64,000 nt of DNA from positions 12,503 to 76,502 of the forward strand of contig CAVWTU010000007.1 of the NCBI GenBank assembly GCA_963758055.1, in the 5' to 3' direction. Position numbers and translations under genes: made by a program. The DNA comes from an uncultured Solirubrobacteraceae bacterium (GTDB lineage Bacteria; Actinomycetota; Thermoleophilia; Solirubrobacterales; Solirubrobacteraceae). The notes beneath the pieces are model-generated. The model did not search any database and had not been told where the DNA came from. It worked only from the letters and a program-made list of their open reading frames with translations. Positions 50,859-60,879 of the stretch are shown in pieces (the stretch's first letter is position 1; the number at the start of each line of letters is the position of its first letter).

Positions 50859-51683
50859 GTGGCGGCCAGGACCCCGACCGCGCTCACGATCGCGGGCTCG
50901 GACTCAGGCGGAGGCGCCGGGATCCAGGCCGACCTGAAGGCGTTCGCCAGCTGTGGCGTACACGGCACGGTGGCGATCACGGCGATCACCGCCCAGAACA
51001 CCCGCGAGGTGCGCGCCGTGGCCACGGTCGACCCGGAGATGGTGCTGGCGCAGGTGAGGGCGGTACTCGAGGACATCGGCGCCGACGCCGTCAAGGTGGG
51101 GATGCTGGGGACGCTTGAAACCGCCCGGGCCGTCGAGGAGGCGCTCGCCGAGCTGCCCCCGGGCACCCCGGTTGTGGTCGATCCCGTGATGGTGGCCGAG
51201 TCGGGCGCCCGCCTGCTCGAGCCCGACGCCGAGGTCTGGCTGGCGGGCCACATCCTGCCCCTCGCCGCCGTCGTCACGCCGAACCTGCAGGAGGCCCGCG
51301 TGCTGGCGGGAGCGCCCGCGCGCGAGCAGGAGCTGCCCGGGGAAGCCGAGCAGCTGGCGCGCGCGGTGCTCGCGCTGGGCCCCGGAGCCGTGATCCTCAC
51401 CGGGGGTCACCGCGCCCGAGCCGCCGACCTGCTCCTCGCCGGACCGGGCGCCGATGCCCTCGAGATCGCCGGCGAGCGACACCCCGGCGGAGCGGCCCAC
51501 GGCTCCGGATGCACCCATTCCGCGGTGCTCGCGGCCCAGCTCGCCCTGGGGCGGGATCTCACCGCCGCGGCACGGATCGCCCGCTCCCGGGCGGGCGACG
51601 CGGTCGCCCGTGGGCTGCGGGAGCTCGGCGCCGGCGCCGGCCCCGTGGACGCCATCGGGCTCGCCGGGCTGCGGGACGTCTGA
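50859..51683 (+). CDS. thiD: Hydroxymethylpyrimidine/phosphomethylpyrimidine kinase
   Basis: [49 protein letters not shown]. Confidence 0.94.
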   Translation: MAARTPTALTIAGSDSGGGAGIQADLKAFASCGVHGTVAITAITAQNTREVRAVATVDPEMVLAQVRAVLEDIGADAVKVGMLGTLETARAVEEALAELPPGTPVVVDPVMVAESGARLLEPDAEVWLAGHILPLAAVVTPNLQEARVLAGAPAREQELPGEAEQLARAVLALGPGAVILTGGHRARAADLLLAGPGADALEIAGERHPGGAAHGSGCTHSAVLAAQLALGRDLTAAARIARSRAGDAVARGLRELGAGAGPVDAIGLAGLRDV

Positions 51684-51714
51684 GAGCGGGGGAGGGCGTT
51701 TGCCATAATCCCCG

Positions 51715-51984
51715 GTGGCGATGAGGTTGCTCCGTATGAAGCCAGGACATGGCGAGATCGTGCTCGCCGAGGGTGACGTGGCGGTCCCCGCCGAGGAGCA
51801 GGAGCTGATCGAGGCCTTTCGCCGCGAGCTCGACGCCGGGATGTGGGCGGCCGTGCCCACCGAGGGCCTTGCCGGGCGCCGCGAGGCCGAACTCGTCAAG
51901 AGCTTCGACGAAGTTCCCAGGGATGCGGAGCGCGTGATCTTCTTTCCGCGCGCCGCCGGGGGCGCGGCCCCTGCAGGCCGCTAG
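51715..51984 (+). CDS. Small hypothetical protein, candidate ubiquitin-like (beta-grasp) modifier with GG motif
   Basis: Intact ORF with coding-like codon use; CATAAT box at 51704-51709; ends DAERVIFFPRAAGG-AAPAGR. The ORF is well supported, the fold is inferred. Confidence 0.65.
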   Translation: MAMRLLRMKPGHGEIVLAEGDVAVPAEEQELIEAFRRELDAGMWAAVPTEGLAGRREAELVKSFDEVPRDAERVIFFPRAAGGAAPAGR

Positions 51985-51988
51985 CGGC

Positions 51989-52594
51989 GTGGCGCTCCCG
52001 CTCGGGACCGCCGCCGTACTGCTGCTCGTGCTGTTCTTCGAGCTCGCCCGTCCCCGCCTCAGGCGCACGGTCACCCGTGCTCGCGTGGCGGCGGCACGGG
52101 CACGCAGGGCGCACGCCGAAGAGAGCTACGACCCGGGCCGCGAACGTCGCGCCGAGCAGCGCGCCCGGGCGCTGCTGCGCTCGTGCGTCAACGAGGAGGA
52201 CTGGGAGATCTACAGCGACCTCGGGTTCCTGCGCGTGCTCGGCCCGGTGGGCACGGCCGCGGGCGAGGCCCAGGCGCCGTACGCCTACCTGATCTACCCC
52301 CACAAGCCGATCGTGGCCTACGTCCCGGCCACCGGCGAGCTGCTGAGCGAGTACTGCATCACGTTCCCCGATCACACGCGCCCGTTCGGGAGCTCCAAGC
52401 TGCCGCAATCCGACGACGTGCTGGCGAAGTGGATGGCGCTCACCGCCGACGAGCGGCGCCTGATCGGCGAGGCCAACATGCACCTTCCGGGCCGCCAGGT
52501 GGACCCCGAACGGGTCCGCCGTGACCTCGCTCGGCTCACGCGCTGGGAACGGGAGCGTTCCGAACGCGAGCTCGGTGGTGTTCGAGCCGCGTGA
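51989..52594 (+). CDS. Hypothetical protein with N-terminal TM anchor and soluble Cys-containing domain
   Basis: Intact 201-aa ORF 4 nt after the small ORF; hydrophobic [13 protein letters not shown], Arg-rich stalk, SEYCITFPD...[10 protein letters not shown]...EAN; GTGA overlap with ilvD. Confidence 0.7.
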   Translation: MALPLGTAAVLLLVLFFELARPRLRRTVTRARVAAARARRAHAEESYDPGRERRAEQRARALLRSCVNEEDWEIYSDLGFLRVLGPVGTAAGEAQAPYAYLIYPHKPIVAYVPATGELLSEYCITFPDHTRPFGSSKLPQSDDVLAKWMALTADERRLIGEANMHLPGRQVDPERVRRDLARLTRWERERSERELGGVRAA

Positions 52595-54279
52595 GCGCGA
52601 ACGGCGGATTCGACGTCAGACACCGCAGCCGGGCCCTCACCGAGGGCCCGGAGCGCGCGGCCGCGCGCGCCTACCTGCACGGCATCGGCTACAGCGCCGA
52701 GGACCTCGCCAAGCCGATCATCGGCGTCGCCCACTCGTGGATCGAGACGATGCCCTGCAACTTCAACAATCGCGTGCTCGCGGCCAAGGCGAAGGAGGGC
52801 ATCCGCGCCGCGGGGGGCACCCCGATGGAGCTCAACACGATCGCGATCTCCGACGGCATCACGATGGGCACCGCGGGGATGCGCGCCTCGCTGGTCTCCC
52901 GCGAGGTGATCGCCGACTCGATCGAGCTCGTCGCCTCGGCCCACTGCTTCGACGCCGTGCTCGCGATCTCCGGCTGCGACAAGACGATCCCCGGCACGGT
53001 GATGGCGCTGACCCGCCTCGGCGTGCCCTCGCTGATGCTCTACGGGGGGTCGATCCGGCCCGGGTACTTCAACGGCGAGGAGGTCACCATCCAGCAGGTC
53101 TTCGAGGCGGTCGGCGCCCACGCCGCCGGTCGCATCACCGAAGCGGAGCTGCACGCGCTGGAGGAGGCCGCCTCACCCGGGGCGGGCGCCTGCGGAGGCC
53201 AGTTCACGGCCAACACGATGGCGATGGCCTTCGAGGTGCTCGGGATCTCACCGGCGGGCTCGGCGATGGTGCCGGCCGAGGACGGGCGCAAGCTCGAGGT
53301 CGCCCGCCAGGCCGGGGAACTGGTGATGGACGTCCTGCGCCGGGGACAGCTACCGAGCCGGATCATCACCAAGCAGGGTCTCGAAAACGCGATCGCGGCC
53401 GTGGCCATGAGCGGGGGCTCCACCAACGGCGTCCTGCACCTGCTGGCGATCGCACGCGAAGCCGGCGTGCCGCTGGCGATCGACGAGTTCGACGCCATCT
53501 CCGAGCGCACCCCGCTGCTGTGCGACCTGCAGCCGGGAGGCCGCTACGCCGCCACCGACCTGTACGAGGCCGGGGGCGTCCCCCTGGTGCTCAAGCGCAT
53601 GCTCGAAGCGGGAGTGCTCCACGGGGACGCCGAGACGGTCACCGGACACACGATCGGCCACCACGCCGAGGAGGCGCCGGAGACCCCGGGCCAGCGCGTC
53701 GTACTCGGGCTCTCGGAAGCGCTCGCCCCCACGGGCGGGTTCGCGATCCTGCGCGGCAACATCGCCCCAGATGGCTGCGTGGTCAAGCTCGCCGGCCACA
53801 AACGCCGCTCCCACACCGGTCCCGCGCGCGTGTTCGACGGTGAGGAGGCGGCGATGGCGGCGGTGCTCGCCAAACAGGTCGAGGAGGGCGACGTGGTCGT
53901 GATCCGCGGCGAGGGCCCGGCCGGCGGACCGGGGATGCGCGAGATGCTGGCGGTGACGGCGGCGCTGGTGGGAGAGGGGCTGGGGGAGACCGTCGCCCTC
54001 ATCACCGACGGGCGCTTTTCGGGCGCCACCCACGGCTTCATGGTCGCCCACGTCGCACCCGAGGCGGCGCGCGGCGGGCCGATCGGCGGGCTGGCCGACG
54101 GCGACCGGATCACGATCGACGTCGAGTCCCGTGTGCTCGACGTGGCGCTCAGCCCCGAGGAGCTCGCGGGGCGCGTGGCCACCTACCGACCGCCCCCCGA
54201 GGACCCCCACCTCGACGTGGCGATCCGCAAGTACGCCAAGCTCGTCGGCAGCGCCGCCGAGGGCGCCGTCACGAGCTGA
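52591..54279 (+). CDS. ilvD: Dihydroxy-acid dehydratase
   Basis: [71 protein letters not shown]. Confidence 0.96.
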   Translation: MSANGGFDVRHRSRALTEGPERAAARAYLHGIGYSAEDLAKPIIGVAHSWIETMPCNFNNRVLAAKAKEGIRAAGGTPMELNTIAISDGITMGTAGMRASLVSREVIADSIELVASAHCFDAVLAISGCDKTIPGTVMALTRLGVPSLMLYGGSIRPGYFNGEEVTIQQVFEAVGAHAAGRITEAELHALEEAASPGAGACGGQFTANTMAMAFEVLGISPAGSAMVPAEDGRKLEVARQAGELVMDVLRRGQLPSRIITKQGLENAIAAVAMSGGSTNGVLHLLAIAREAGVPLAIDEFDAISERTPLLCDLQPGGRYAATDLYEAGGVPLVLKRMLEAGVLHGDAETVTGHTIGHHAEEAPETPGQRVVLGLSEALAPTGGFAILRGNIAPDGCVVKLAGHKRRSHTGPARVFDGEEAAMAAVLAKQVEEGDVVVIRGEGPAGGPGMREMLAVTAALVGEGLGETVALITDGRFSGATHGFMVAHVAPEAARGGPIGGLADGDRITIDVESRVLDVALSPEELAGRVATYRPPPEDPHLDVAIRKYAKLVGSAAEGAVTS

Positions 54280-54287
54280 GCCGCGCC

Positions 54288-55262
54288 CTACTCGGCCAGA
54301 AAGTCGCGCAGCAGCGCGTTGAAGGCGGCGGGGCGCTCGAGCATCGCCATGTGACCGGTGTCCTCGAAGATCACCTTGCGCGAGTCGGGGATCAGCTCGG
54401 CGAACACGTCCGCGTCGCGCACGCTGACGAGGTGGTCCTCCTCGCCCCACACGATCAGCGTCGGGCAGGCGATCTCCGGCAGGCGGTCTTCGAAGTCGTA
54501 GTCGATGATCGCCTCCCACGCGCCGAAGAAGCCCGGCTTGCCCGCGCCCCGCAACTGCTCGGCCACCAGCGGGCCCGGGAGCCGTCCCGCGTGGCGCACG
54601 GCGAGGTAGAGCATCAGCTCCCGCAGCCGCGCCCGGCGTGCGACCGTATCCGACCTCGATGCGAGGGCGGCCGAGGAGGCTGCCAGCAGCCGCTCCCCCC
54701 GCTCCAGCACCGGTACCGGACTGCGGGCGCCGAACCGCGGGCTGATGTTCGCCAGCGGCTGGCGTGTGGAGATGCCGGCCGGAGAGACCAGCACCAGTCG
54801 CTCGACGCGCTGCGGGAACGAGATCGCCAGCTCGGCCGCGATGAAGCCGCCCATCGAGTTGCCGACGACGGCGGCCGCGTCGATCCCGAGCTGTCCGAGC
54901 AGCGCGTCCAGCAGGTGCGCGTAGCCCGGGATCGTGATCGTCTTCGAGGGCATCGGCGAGTAGCCGAAGCCGGGCAGGTCGAGCGTCACCACACGGTGAT
55001 CGCGCGCCAACACGGGGAGCTGCTCGAGGAAGTTGGCCCAGCACCCGGACAGCCCGTGGACGAACACCAGCGGCTGGGCGTCGGAGTTGTTCTCGGGGCC
55101 GAGCTCGATCGTGTTCAGGACCTCGCCGTCGACGGTCAGCCAGTGCTGGCGGGTGCTCCAATCCACGTCCAGCCAGGGCGAGCGCCCCACCGGTCCGTAG
55201 GCCGCGGCCTCCCCGGCCGGGATCCTGACCGAGCGCTGGGTCGTGGAACTGTTCACCGACAC
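54288..55262 (-). CDS. Alpha/beta-fold hydrolase
   Basis: VFVHGLSG, LDLPGFGYS, VGNSMGG nucleophile elbow, IVWGEEDHLV, TGHMAMLERP. Confidence 0.9.
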   Translation of the reverse strand: MSVNSSTTQRSVRIPAGEAAAYGPVGRSPWLDVDWSTRQHWLTVDGEVLNTIELGPENNSDAQPLVFVHGLSGCWANFLEQLPVLARDHRVVTLDLPGFGYSPMPSKTITIPGYAHLLDALLGQLGIDAAAVVGNSMGGFIAAELAISFPQRVERLVLVSPAGISTRQPLANISPRFGARSPVPVLERGERLLAASSAALASRSDTVARRARLRELMLYLAVRHAGRLPGPLVAEQLRGAGKPGFFGAWEAIIDYDFEDRLPEIACPTLIVWGEEDHLVSVRDADVFAELIPDSRKVIFEDTGHMAMLERPAAFNALLRDFLAE

Positions 55263-55316
55263 AGAATCTACCCCTCATGGCAGGCCCTCACCGGCACGTG
55301 GCGAAGGTCAACAGGG

Positions 55317-56246
55317 ATGGCTCCAGCCCGAACGGGGGATCGGCCCGCAGACGACTGGCAGGCGGCGATCGGTCTGCTCGAGGATGACCTTCTCAGGCGC
55401 GACCGCGCCGAACGAACCCGCCGGGCCTATCGCTCGGACCTGCGGGAGCTGGCGCTGTGGGCCGGCACACAGGGGCTCTCGCCGCGCGATATGGGCCCGC
55501 GCGAGGTGCGTCGCTACGTCGCCCACCTGTCCCGCAGCGGTGTCGCCCCGAGCACCTCGGCGCGCAAGCTCGCCGCCGTCCGGGCGCTGTTCAACGGCCT
55601 GCGCGAGCACGGCCACATCCGGCAGAACCCCGGGGAGCTCGTCTCCACCCCCCGGCGTGGGCGCCACCTGCCGCGCGTGCTGAGCAGTCGTGAGGCCGGA
55701 CGCCTGCTCGACGCGATCCCCGCCTCCAGCCCGCTGGAGCTGCGTGACCGGGCGATGTTCGAGCTCGCCTACTCGTGTGGGCTGCGGGCCGAGGAGCTCG
55801 TGTCGCTCGACGACGGCGATCTGGACTTCGACGCCGAGCAGGTGCGGGTCGAGGGCAAGGGCCGCAAGACGCGGCTGGTGCCGGTCGGCGAGCCCGCCCA
55901 GAAGGCCATCAGGGACTATCTGGAGCGCGGTCGTGGCCGACTCGCCGCGCCGGCCGGCCCCGCGGCGGCGAGCGCGATGTTCCTCAGCATCCGCGGCCGG
56001 CGACTCTCCACCAGCGACGTGCGGCGGCGGCTGCAGCTGTGGGGCTCGCGGGCCGGGATCGTCGAGGGCTTCTCGCCCCATGCCCTGCGCCACAGCTTCG
56101 CCACCCACCTGCTCGACGGGGGCGCCGACCTGCGCAGCATCCAGGAGATGCTCGGCCACGCGAGCGTCTCCACGACCCAGATCTACACGCGGGTGGAGTC
56201 CGCCAGGCTGAAGAGCGCCTACCGGCGCAGCCACCCGCGAGCCTGA
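55317..56246 (+). CDS. xerC: Tyrosine recombinase XerC/XerD family
   Basis: TRRAYRSDL, ARKLAAVR, LPRVL, RDRAMFELAYSCGLRAEEL, GKGRKTRLVP, PHALRHSFATHLL, LGHASVSTTQIY. Confidence 0.88.
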   Translation: MAPARTGDRPADDWQAAIGLLEDDLLRRDRAERTRRAYRSDLRELALWAGTQGLSPRDMGPREVRRYVAHLSRSGVAPSTSARKLAAVRALFNGLREHGHIRQNPGELVSTPRRGRHLPRVLSSREAGRLLDAIPASSPLELRDRAMFELAYSCGLRAEELVSLDDGDLDFDAEQVRVEGKGRKTRLVPVGEPAQKAIRDYLERGRGRLAAPAGPAAASAMFLSIRGRRLSTSDVRRRLQLWGSRAGIVEGFSPHALRHSFATHLLDGGADLRSIQEMLGHASVSTTQIYTRVESARLKSAYRRSHPRA

Positions 56247-56339
56247 CTCCGGGCGCCGCCCGAGGCGACGCGGCGCATTTGCCGGGGATCGGGTCGCTAG
56301 GCTGCCGCTAACGCACGCCCAACCCGCGGGAAGGAAGCC

Positions 56340-57125
56340 CTGGAGACCAACGTCAAGCCCATCGAGCTGCGCGAACTGTGGCGGCGCTTCAAGATCGACG
56401 GCGACGAGAGCGTCCGCGACCGGCTGGTGCTCGCCTATTCGCCCCTGGTCAAGTACGTCGCGGGGCGCACCGCGGCCGGGCTTCCGCCGCACGTGGAGGA
56501 GGCCGACCTGGTCTCCTACGGCCTCGGCGGGCTGATGTCGGCGATCGACCGCTTCGACCTCTCGCGCGAGATCAAGTTCGAGACCTACGCGATCATGCGC
56601 ATCAAGGGCGCGATCATCGACGAGCTGCGCTCGCTCGACTGGGTCCCCCGCAGCGTGCGGGCGCGGGCCAGGGAGGTGGAGAAGGCGATCGCCAAGCTCG
56701 AGCACAATCTGCACCGCCAGCCCACCGACGAGGAGATCGCCCAGGAGATGGGGATCAGCGTGGACGAACTCAACGACTCGCTGCTGGCGATCTCACACTC
56801 CTCGATCGTGGCGCTGGACGAGCTGTGGAGCGTGTCGGACTCGAGCGGGGATCAGGTCTCGCTGATGGACACGATCGAGGACCCCGGAGCCCCCGATCCC
56901 GCGAGGGCGCTCGACCTCGGGGACCTCAAGGACCGGATCGCGGACTCGATCGCCAAGCTGCCCGAGCGCGAGAAGCTGGTGATCGCCCTCTACTACTACG
57001 AGAACCTGACCCTGCGCGAGATCGGGGAGGTGCTCGGCGTGACCGAGTCACGGGTCTCCCAGATGCACACCAAGGCCGTCCTGCGCCTGCGCTCGCGGAT
57101 GCAGGAAGAAGCCTTCGACGACTAG
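56340..57125 (+). CDS. whiG: RNA polymerase sigma factor, FliA/WhiG family (probable CTG start)
   Basis: YSPLVKYVAGR, DLVSYG, KFETYA..RIKGAIIDELRSLDWVPRSVR, LYYYENLTLREIGEVLGVTESRVSQMHTKA. Confidence 0.88.
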   Translation: METNVKPIELRELWRRFKIDGDESVRDRLVLAYSPLVKYVAGRTAAGLPPHVEEADLVSYGLGGLMSAIDRFDLSREIKFETYAIMRIKGAIIDELRSLDWVPRSVRARAREVEKAIAKLEHNLHRQPTDEEIAQEMGISVDELNDSLLAISHSSIVALDELWSVSDSSGDQVSLMDTIEDPGAPDPARALDLGDLKDRIADSIAKLPEREKLVIALYYYENLTLREIGEVLGVTESRVSQMHTKAVLRLRSRMQEEAFDD

Positions 57126-57236
57126 CGGCGCCGAGCGCCGCCCCCCGCGGGGGCCCCTGGAAGGCCCGGCCAGCCACGCTGGCAGCCCGGTGCGTGCGGC
57201 GCTATCGTGGGCTCCCAGCGACGAGGAGGCGTTCAG

Positions 57237-59367
57237 ATGGCAGGAAACGTGGCTCTAGGGAATGGGGGCCGCCCGGCGGCGGACCGGATCCGCAACGTGG
57301 CTCTCGTCGGCCATCGCGGCTCCGGGAAGACGTCTCTGCACGAGGCTCTGCTGTACGAGTCGGGAGCCACCAACCGGCTCGGCACGGTGCCCGAGCACAC
57401 CACCGTCTCGGACTCCGATCCCGACGAGCAGGCCCGCCAGATGTCGATCTCCGCGACGCTCAGCTCGATCCCGTGGCAGGAGCGCAAGATCAACCTCATC
57501 GACACCCCCGGCGAGCCGAGCTTCGTGGCCGACGCGCTCGGCGCGGTCCGCGTCTGCGAGGCGGCCGTGTTCGTCATCAACGCGGTCATGGGCGTCGAGG
57601 TGACCACCAGCCGGCTGTGGTCCCGCGCCGCCGAGCTCGACATCGCCCGGCTGCTGTTCGTGAACATGCTCGACCGCGAGCGGGCCGACTTCTTCCGCAC
57701 GCTGGAGAGCCTGAAGGGGGCCTTCGGGGCGCACGTCGTGGCGACCGAGATCCCGATCGGCTCCGAGCACGAGCTGGAAGGCGTGATCGACCTCGTGGAC
57801 ATGAACGCCTTCCGTCAGCCGGGCCCCGACAACGGCCGCACCGGCGCCGCCAAGGGCTTCGAGGAGATCCCGATCCCGGACGCCCAGGCCGAGCTCGCCC
57901 AGGAATATCGCGAGAAGCTGATGGACGAGGTGTGCGAAGTCTCCGACTCGCTGATGGAGCGCTACCTCGAGGGCGAGGAGATCTCACACGAGGAGATCGT
58001 CGGGGCGCTCAAGGAGGGCACCAACCACGGCAAGATCTTCCCCGTCGTGTGCGGCTGCGCGACCCGCAACCTCGGTACCGCCCGGCTGCTCGACGCGATC
58101 GTCGAGGATCTGCCCTCGCCGGTCAAGCACGGCTCCCTGGAGGTCGGCGAGATCGAGCTCGCCGCCGACGAGGACCGCGAGCTGTTCGCGTTCGTGTTCA
58201 AGACCCGCGCGGACCCGTTCGCGGGCAGGATCAACCTGCTGCGCGTCTATCAGGGGGTCCTGCGAGCCGACAGCCAGGCGCTGAACACCCGCGCCCACGT
58301 CAAGGAGCGGATCGGCCAGCTGCTCGTCTTCAAGGGCAAGGAGGTCGAGCACGTGACCGAGTTCGGTCCGGGTGACATCGGCGCGGTCGCGAAGCTCAAG
58401 GAGACCCGAGCGGGCGACTGGCTGGCCGACCGCGACGAGCCGATCGAGATGCCCCGCCTGACCCTGCCCGCCCCGGTGATGGCCTTCGCCGTCGAGCCGA
58501 AGAGCCGCGGCGACGAGGACAAGGTGCTGTCCTCGCTGCGCCGGCTGCAGGAGGAGGACCCCACGATCGACCTGCACCGCGACCGGCAGACGGGCGACCA
58601 GATCATCGCCGGTCTCTCCCAGGTGCACGTGGAAGTGATCGTCGACCGCCTGCGCGACCGCTTCGGCGTGGAGGTCGCGCTGAAGCCGCCGCGGGTCCCC
58701 TACCAGGAGACGATCCGCGCTCCGCTGCCGCCCACGGCCGCCACAAGAAGCAGTCCGGCGGCCGCGGCCAGTTCGGCGACTGCCAGATCGAGATCGAGCC
58801 GCTGGGGATCGCCGACGGCGACGAGGGCTTCGAGTTCGTCAACCAGATCAAGGGCGGGGTGATCCCCGGCTCGTTCATTCCGGCGGTCGAGAAAGGGGTG
58901 CGCGAGGCGATGCAGCACGGCGTGCTCGCCGGCTACCCGGTGAAGGGCGTGCGGATACGTCTCGTCGACGGCCAGCACCACTCCGTGGACTCGTCCGAGA
59001 TCGCCTTCAAGCTCGCCGGCGTACAGGCGATGAAGCAGGCCCTCGAACTGGCCGAGCCGGTGCTGCTGGAGCCGATCATGCTGGTGACCCTGTCGGTGCC
59101 CGAGGCCCACGTCGGTGACGTCATCGGCGACCTCAACAGCCGCCGCGGGCGGCCACAGGGCATGGAGCCGATCGGGAGCATGACCGAGATCAAGGCCGAG
59201 GTGCCGATGGCGGAGATGCTCACGTACGCTCCCGACCTGCGCTCGATCACCGCCGGCCAGGGCGACTACACGCTCGAGTTCCTACGCTACGAGGAGCTTC
59301 CCGGGCATCTGGCCCAGAAGGTCGTGGAGCAGGCGGGCGAGGCGCACGCCCCGGCTCACGCTGGTAA
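57237..59367 (+). CDS. fusA: Elongation factor G paralog (EF-G2/FusA2-like); frameshift near 58725; end approximate
   Basis: IRNVALVGHRGSGKT, DTPG, GDIGAVAKL, EEDPT, PYQETI, KKQSGGRGQFGD, GVLAGYPV, HSVDSSE.AF, LLEPI, GDLNSRRG. Confidence 0.9.
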
Positions 59368-59382
59368 GACCGCAGCTCCAAT

Positions 59383-60116
59383 ATGGCAACCCGCACGATC
59401 GTCACATCCCAGCCCGATGTCGCCTGCGAGCTCTGCGCGCGCCGGTTGCTGCGGGGCGAGCAGCACGAGGTGTTCGTCGCCGACGGCCGCCAGCGCACCG
59501 TCTGCGAGCTGTGCGCGCCCCGCGCCGCCGACGCCGGCTGGGTGCGGGCACGTGACGGCCAGGCGACGCTCGGGCCGATAGCCGCCCCCCGGCGCGGACG
59601 GGGGATCCTCGAGCGGCTGCGGTTGGGGTCGAGGGCCGCAGAGCACGGCTCCGCCCAGGAGCTGGGAGCCGATGCCCCCTACGAGCAGCCCGGCGAACGC
59701 TCCGGGCGCGGCGCCCGCCGCCGCCAGCCCGACGCGCTCGCCGAAGGTCCCTCCGGGTCCACCGGCGTCGAAGGCCCGTCGCGGGAGCCCGCGTCGGCGG
59801 TGCCCGCCGTGCCGGCCAGCCCCCCGGAGCGTGCCGCGGTGGTCTTCAACGCCAGCGAGTACCCCCGCCGGATGGCGGGGCTGACGCGCTCGCTGGGCGC
59901 GCCCGCGGTTTGCATCCTCCCGGCCGAGCACCTCGGCGGGGCCGTTCGCATCGTCGCTCGCCTGGGAGCTGTGCTGGTATCGCTACGAGGTCGACCTCGA
60001 CGATGGACCCGCCGCAGGCGAGGCCGCTCGAGCAGGGCACCGAACTGGCCGAGCTGTCCCGCGAGGAGCGCCACGCCAATGCGCACGTGGCCGAGGACGG
60101 CGCCGTCTTCCTGTAG
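59383..60116 (+). CDS. Hypothetical protein with N-terminal CxxC...CxxC zinc finger; one frameshift
   Basis: CELCARRLLRGE...VCELCAPRAADAGW; Pro/Ala linker; FNASEYPRRMAGLTRSLGAP...WELCWYRYEVDL...ANAHVAEDG. Confidence 0.7.
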
Positions 60117-60178
60117 GTGCTTGGCATCGCGCTCGCGCCGCTTGCGAGGCGCCGCACGGCGGCCTACTATGCGTCCGC

Positions 60179-60411
60179 ATGATCTACTGCGTGGTACCCA
60201 CAGCCCTCGAGGGGACGAGTTGTTCGACAGGCTCTCCGAGTACTACCGCGACGACGACGAACGTCGAGGTGATCGTCGAGCGGCGGCGGTTCGACCGCCG
60301 CGCACGCCGCGGCAGCAGTGTCGAGCCGGCAATGCTGGAGCGGCGCATCATCCGTGACCGCCGCCGGGCGCGGGTCGCCGGCGACACGCTTCCGCTGGCC
60401 CAAGCGCCTAG
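60179..60411 (+). CDS. Small hypothetical protein with ERR/DRR repeats; frameshifted; end approximate
   Basis: MIYCVVP...ELFDRLSEYYRDD.NVEVIVERRRFDRR...ERRIIRDRRRARVAG; TACTAT box 8 nt upstream. Confidence 0.6.
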
Positions 60412-60451
60412 CCCGCGCGGGCTTGACCGCGCGGCCACGAGCAGCGGGCCG

Positions 60452-60860
60452 TTGAAGGTGGTCGTACACGTCGACGGGGGCGCCCGCGGCAACCCGGGTC
60501 CGGCCGCGGCCGCTGCCGTGATCTCCGACGCCGGACGGCGACGTGCTGGCGCGAGCCCACCGAGCTGCTGGGGAGGGCCACGAACAACGTCGCCGAGTAC
60601 CGCGCCCTGCTGCTGGGGCTCGCCCGCGCCGCCGAGCTCGGCGCCAGCGAGGTGGAGGTCGTCGGCGACTCGGAGCTGATCGCCAAGCAGGTCCAGGGCG
60701 TCTACAAGGTCAAGCACGCCGCCATGCGGCCGCTCCACCCCGAGGCGCTGAAGGCCCTCGGGCGGCTTCGAGCGGTGGTCGATCCGCACCGTTCCGCGGG
60801 CCCAGAACGCCCACGCCGACGCGCTCGTCAACGCAGCCCTCGACGGCGCACGCACCCTGA
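60452..60860 (+). CDS. rnhA: Ribonuclease HI family protein; frameshifted
   Basis: VHVDGGARGNPGPAA, ATNNVAEYRAL, GDSELIAKQVQGVYKVK, VPRAQNAHADALVN. Confidence 0.88.
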
Positions 60861-60879
60861 AGCGGCCCGCCCGCCGGCG

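Noticed and set aside
51715-51984. Simple annotation as thiS because it follows thiD
   Set aside because: Longer than ThiS, GG is not terminal, and no thiG/thiF/thiO nearby; kept as an unassigned ubiquitin-like candidate
55317-56246. Tyrosine recombinase as a prophage or island integrase
   Set aside because: About 310 aa with XerC/D-like motifs and housekeeping neighbours; no att repeats, tRNA or cargo genes seen
60179-60860. Apparent fusion of the ERR/DRR microprotein to RNase HI
   Set aside because: Lies in a high-indel block; TAG at 60409-60411 and a TTG start at 60452 support separate genes
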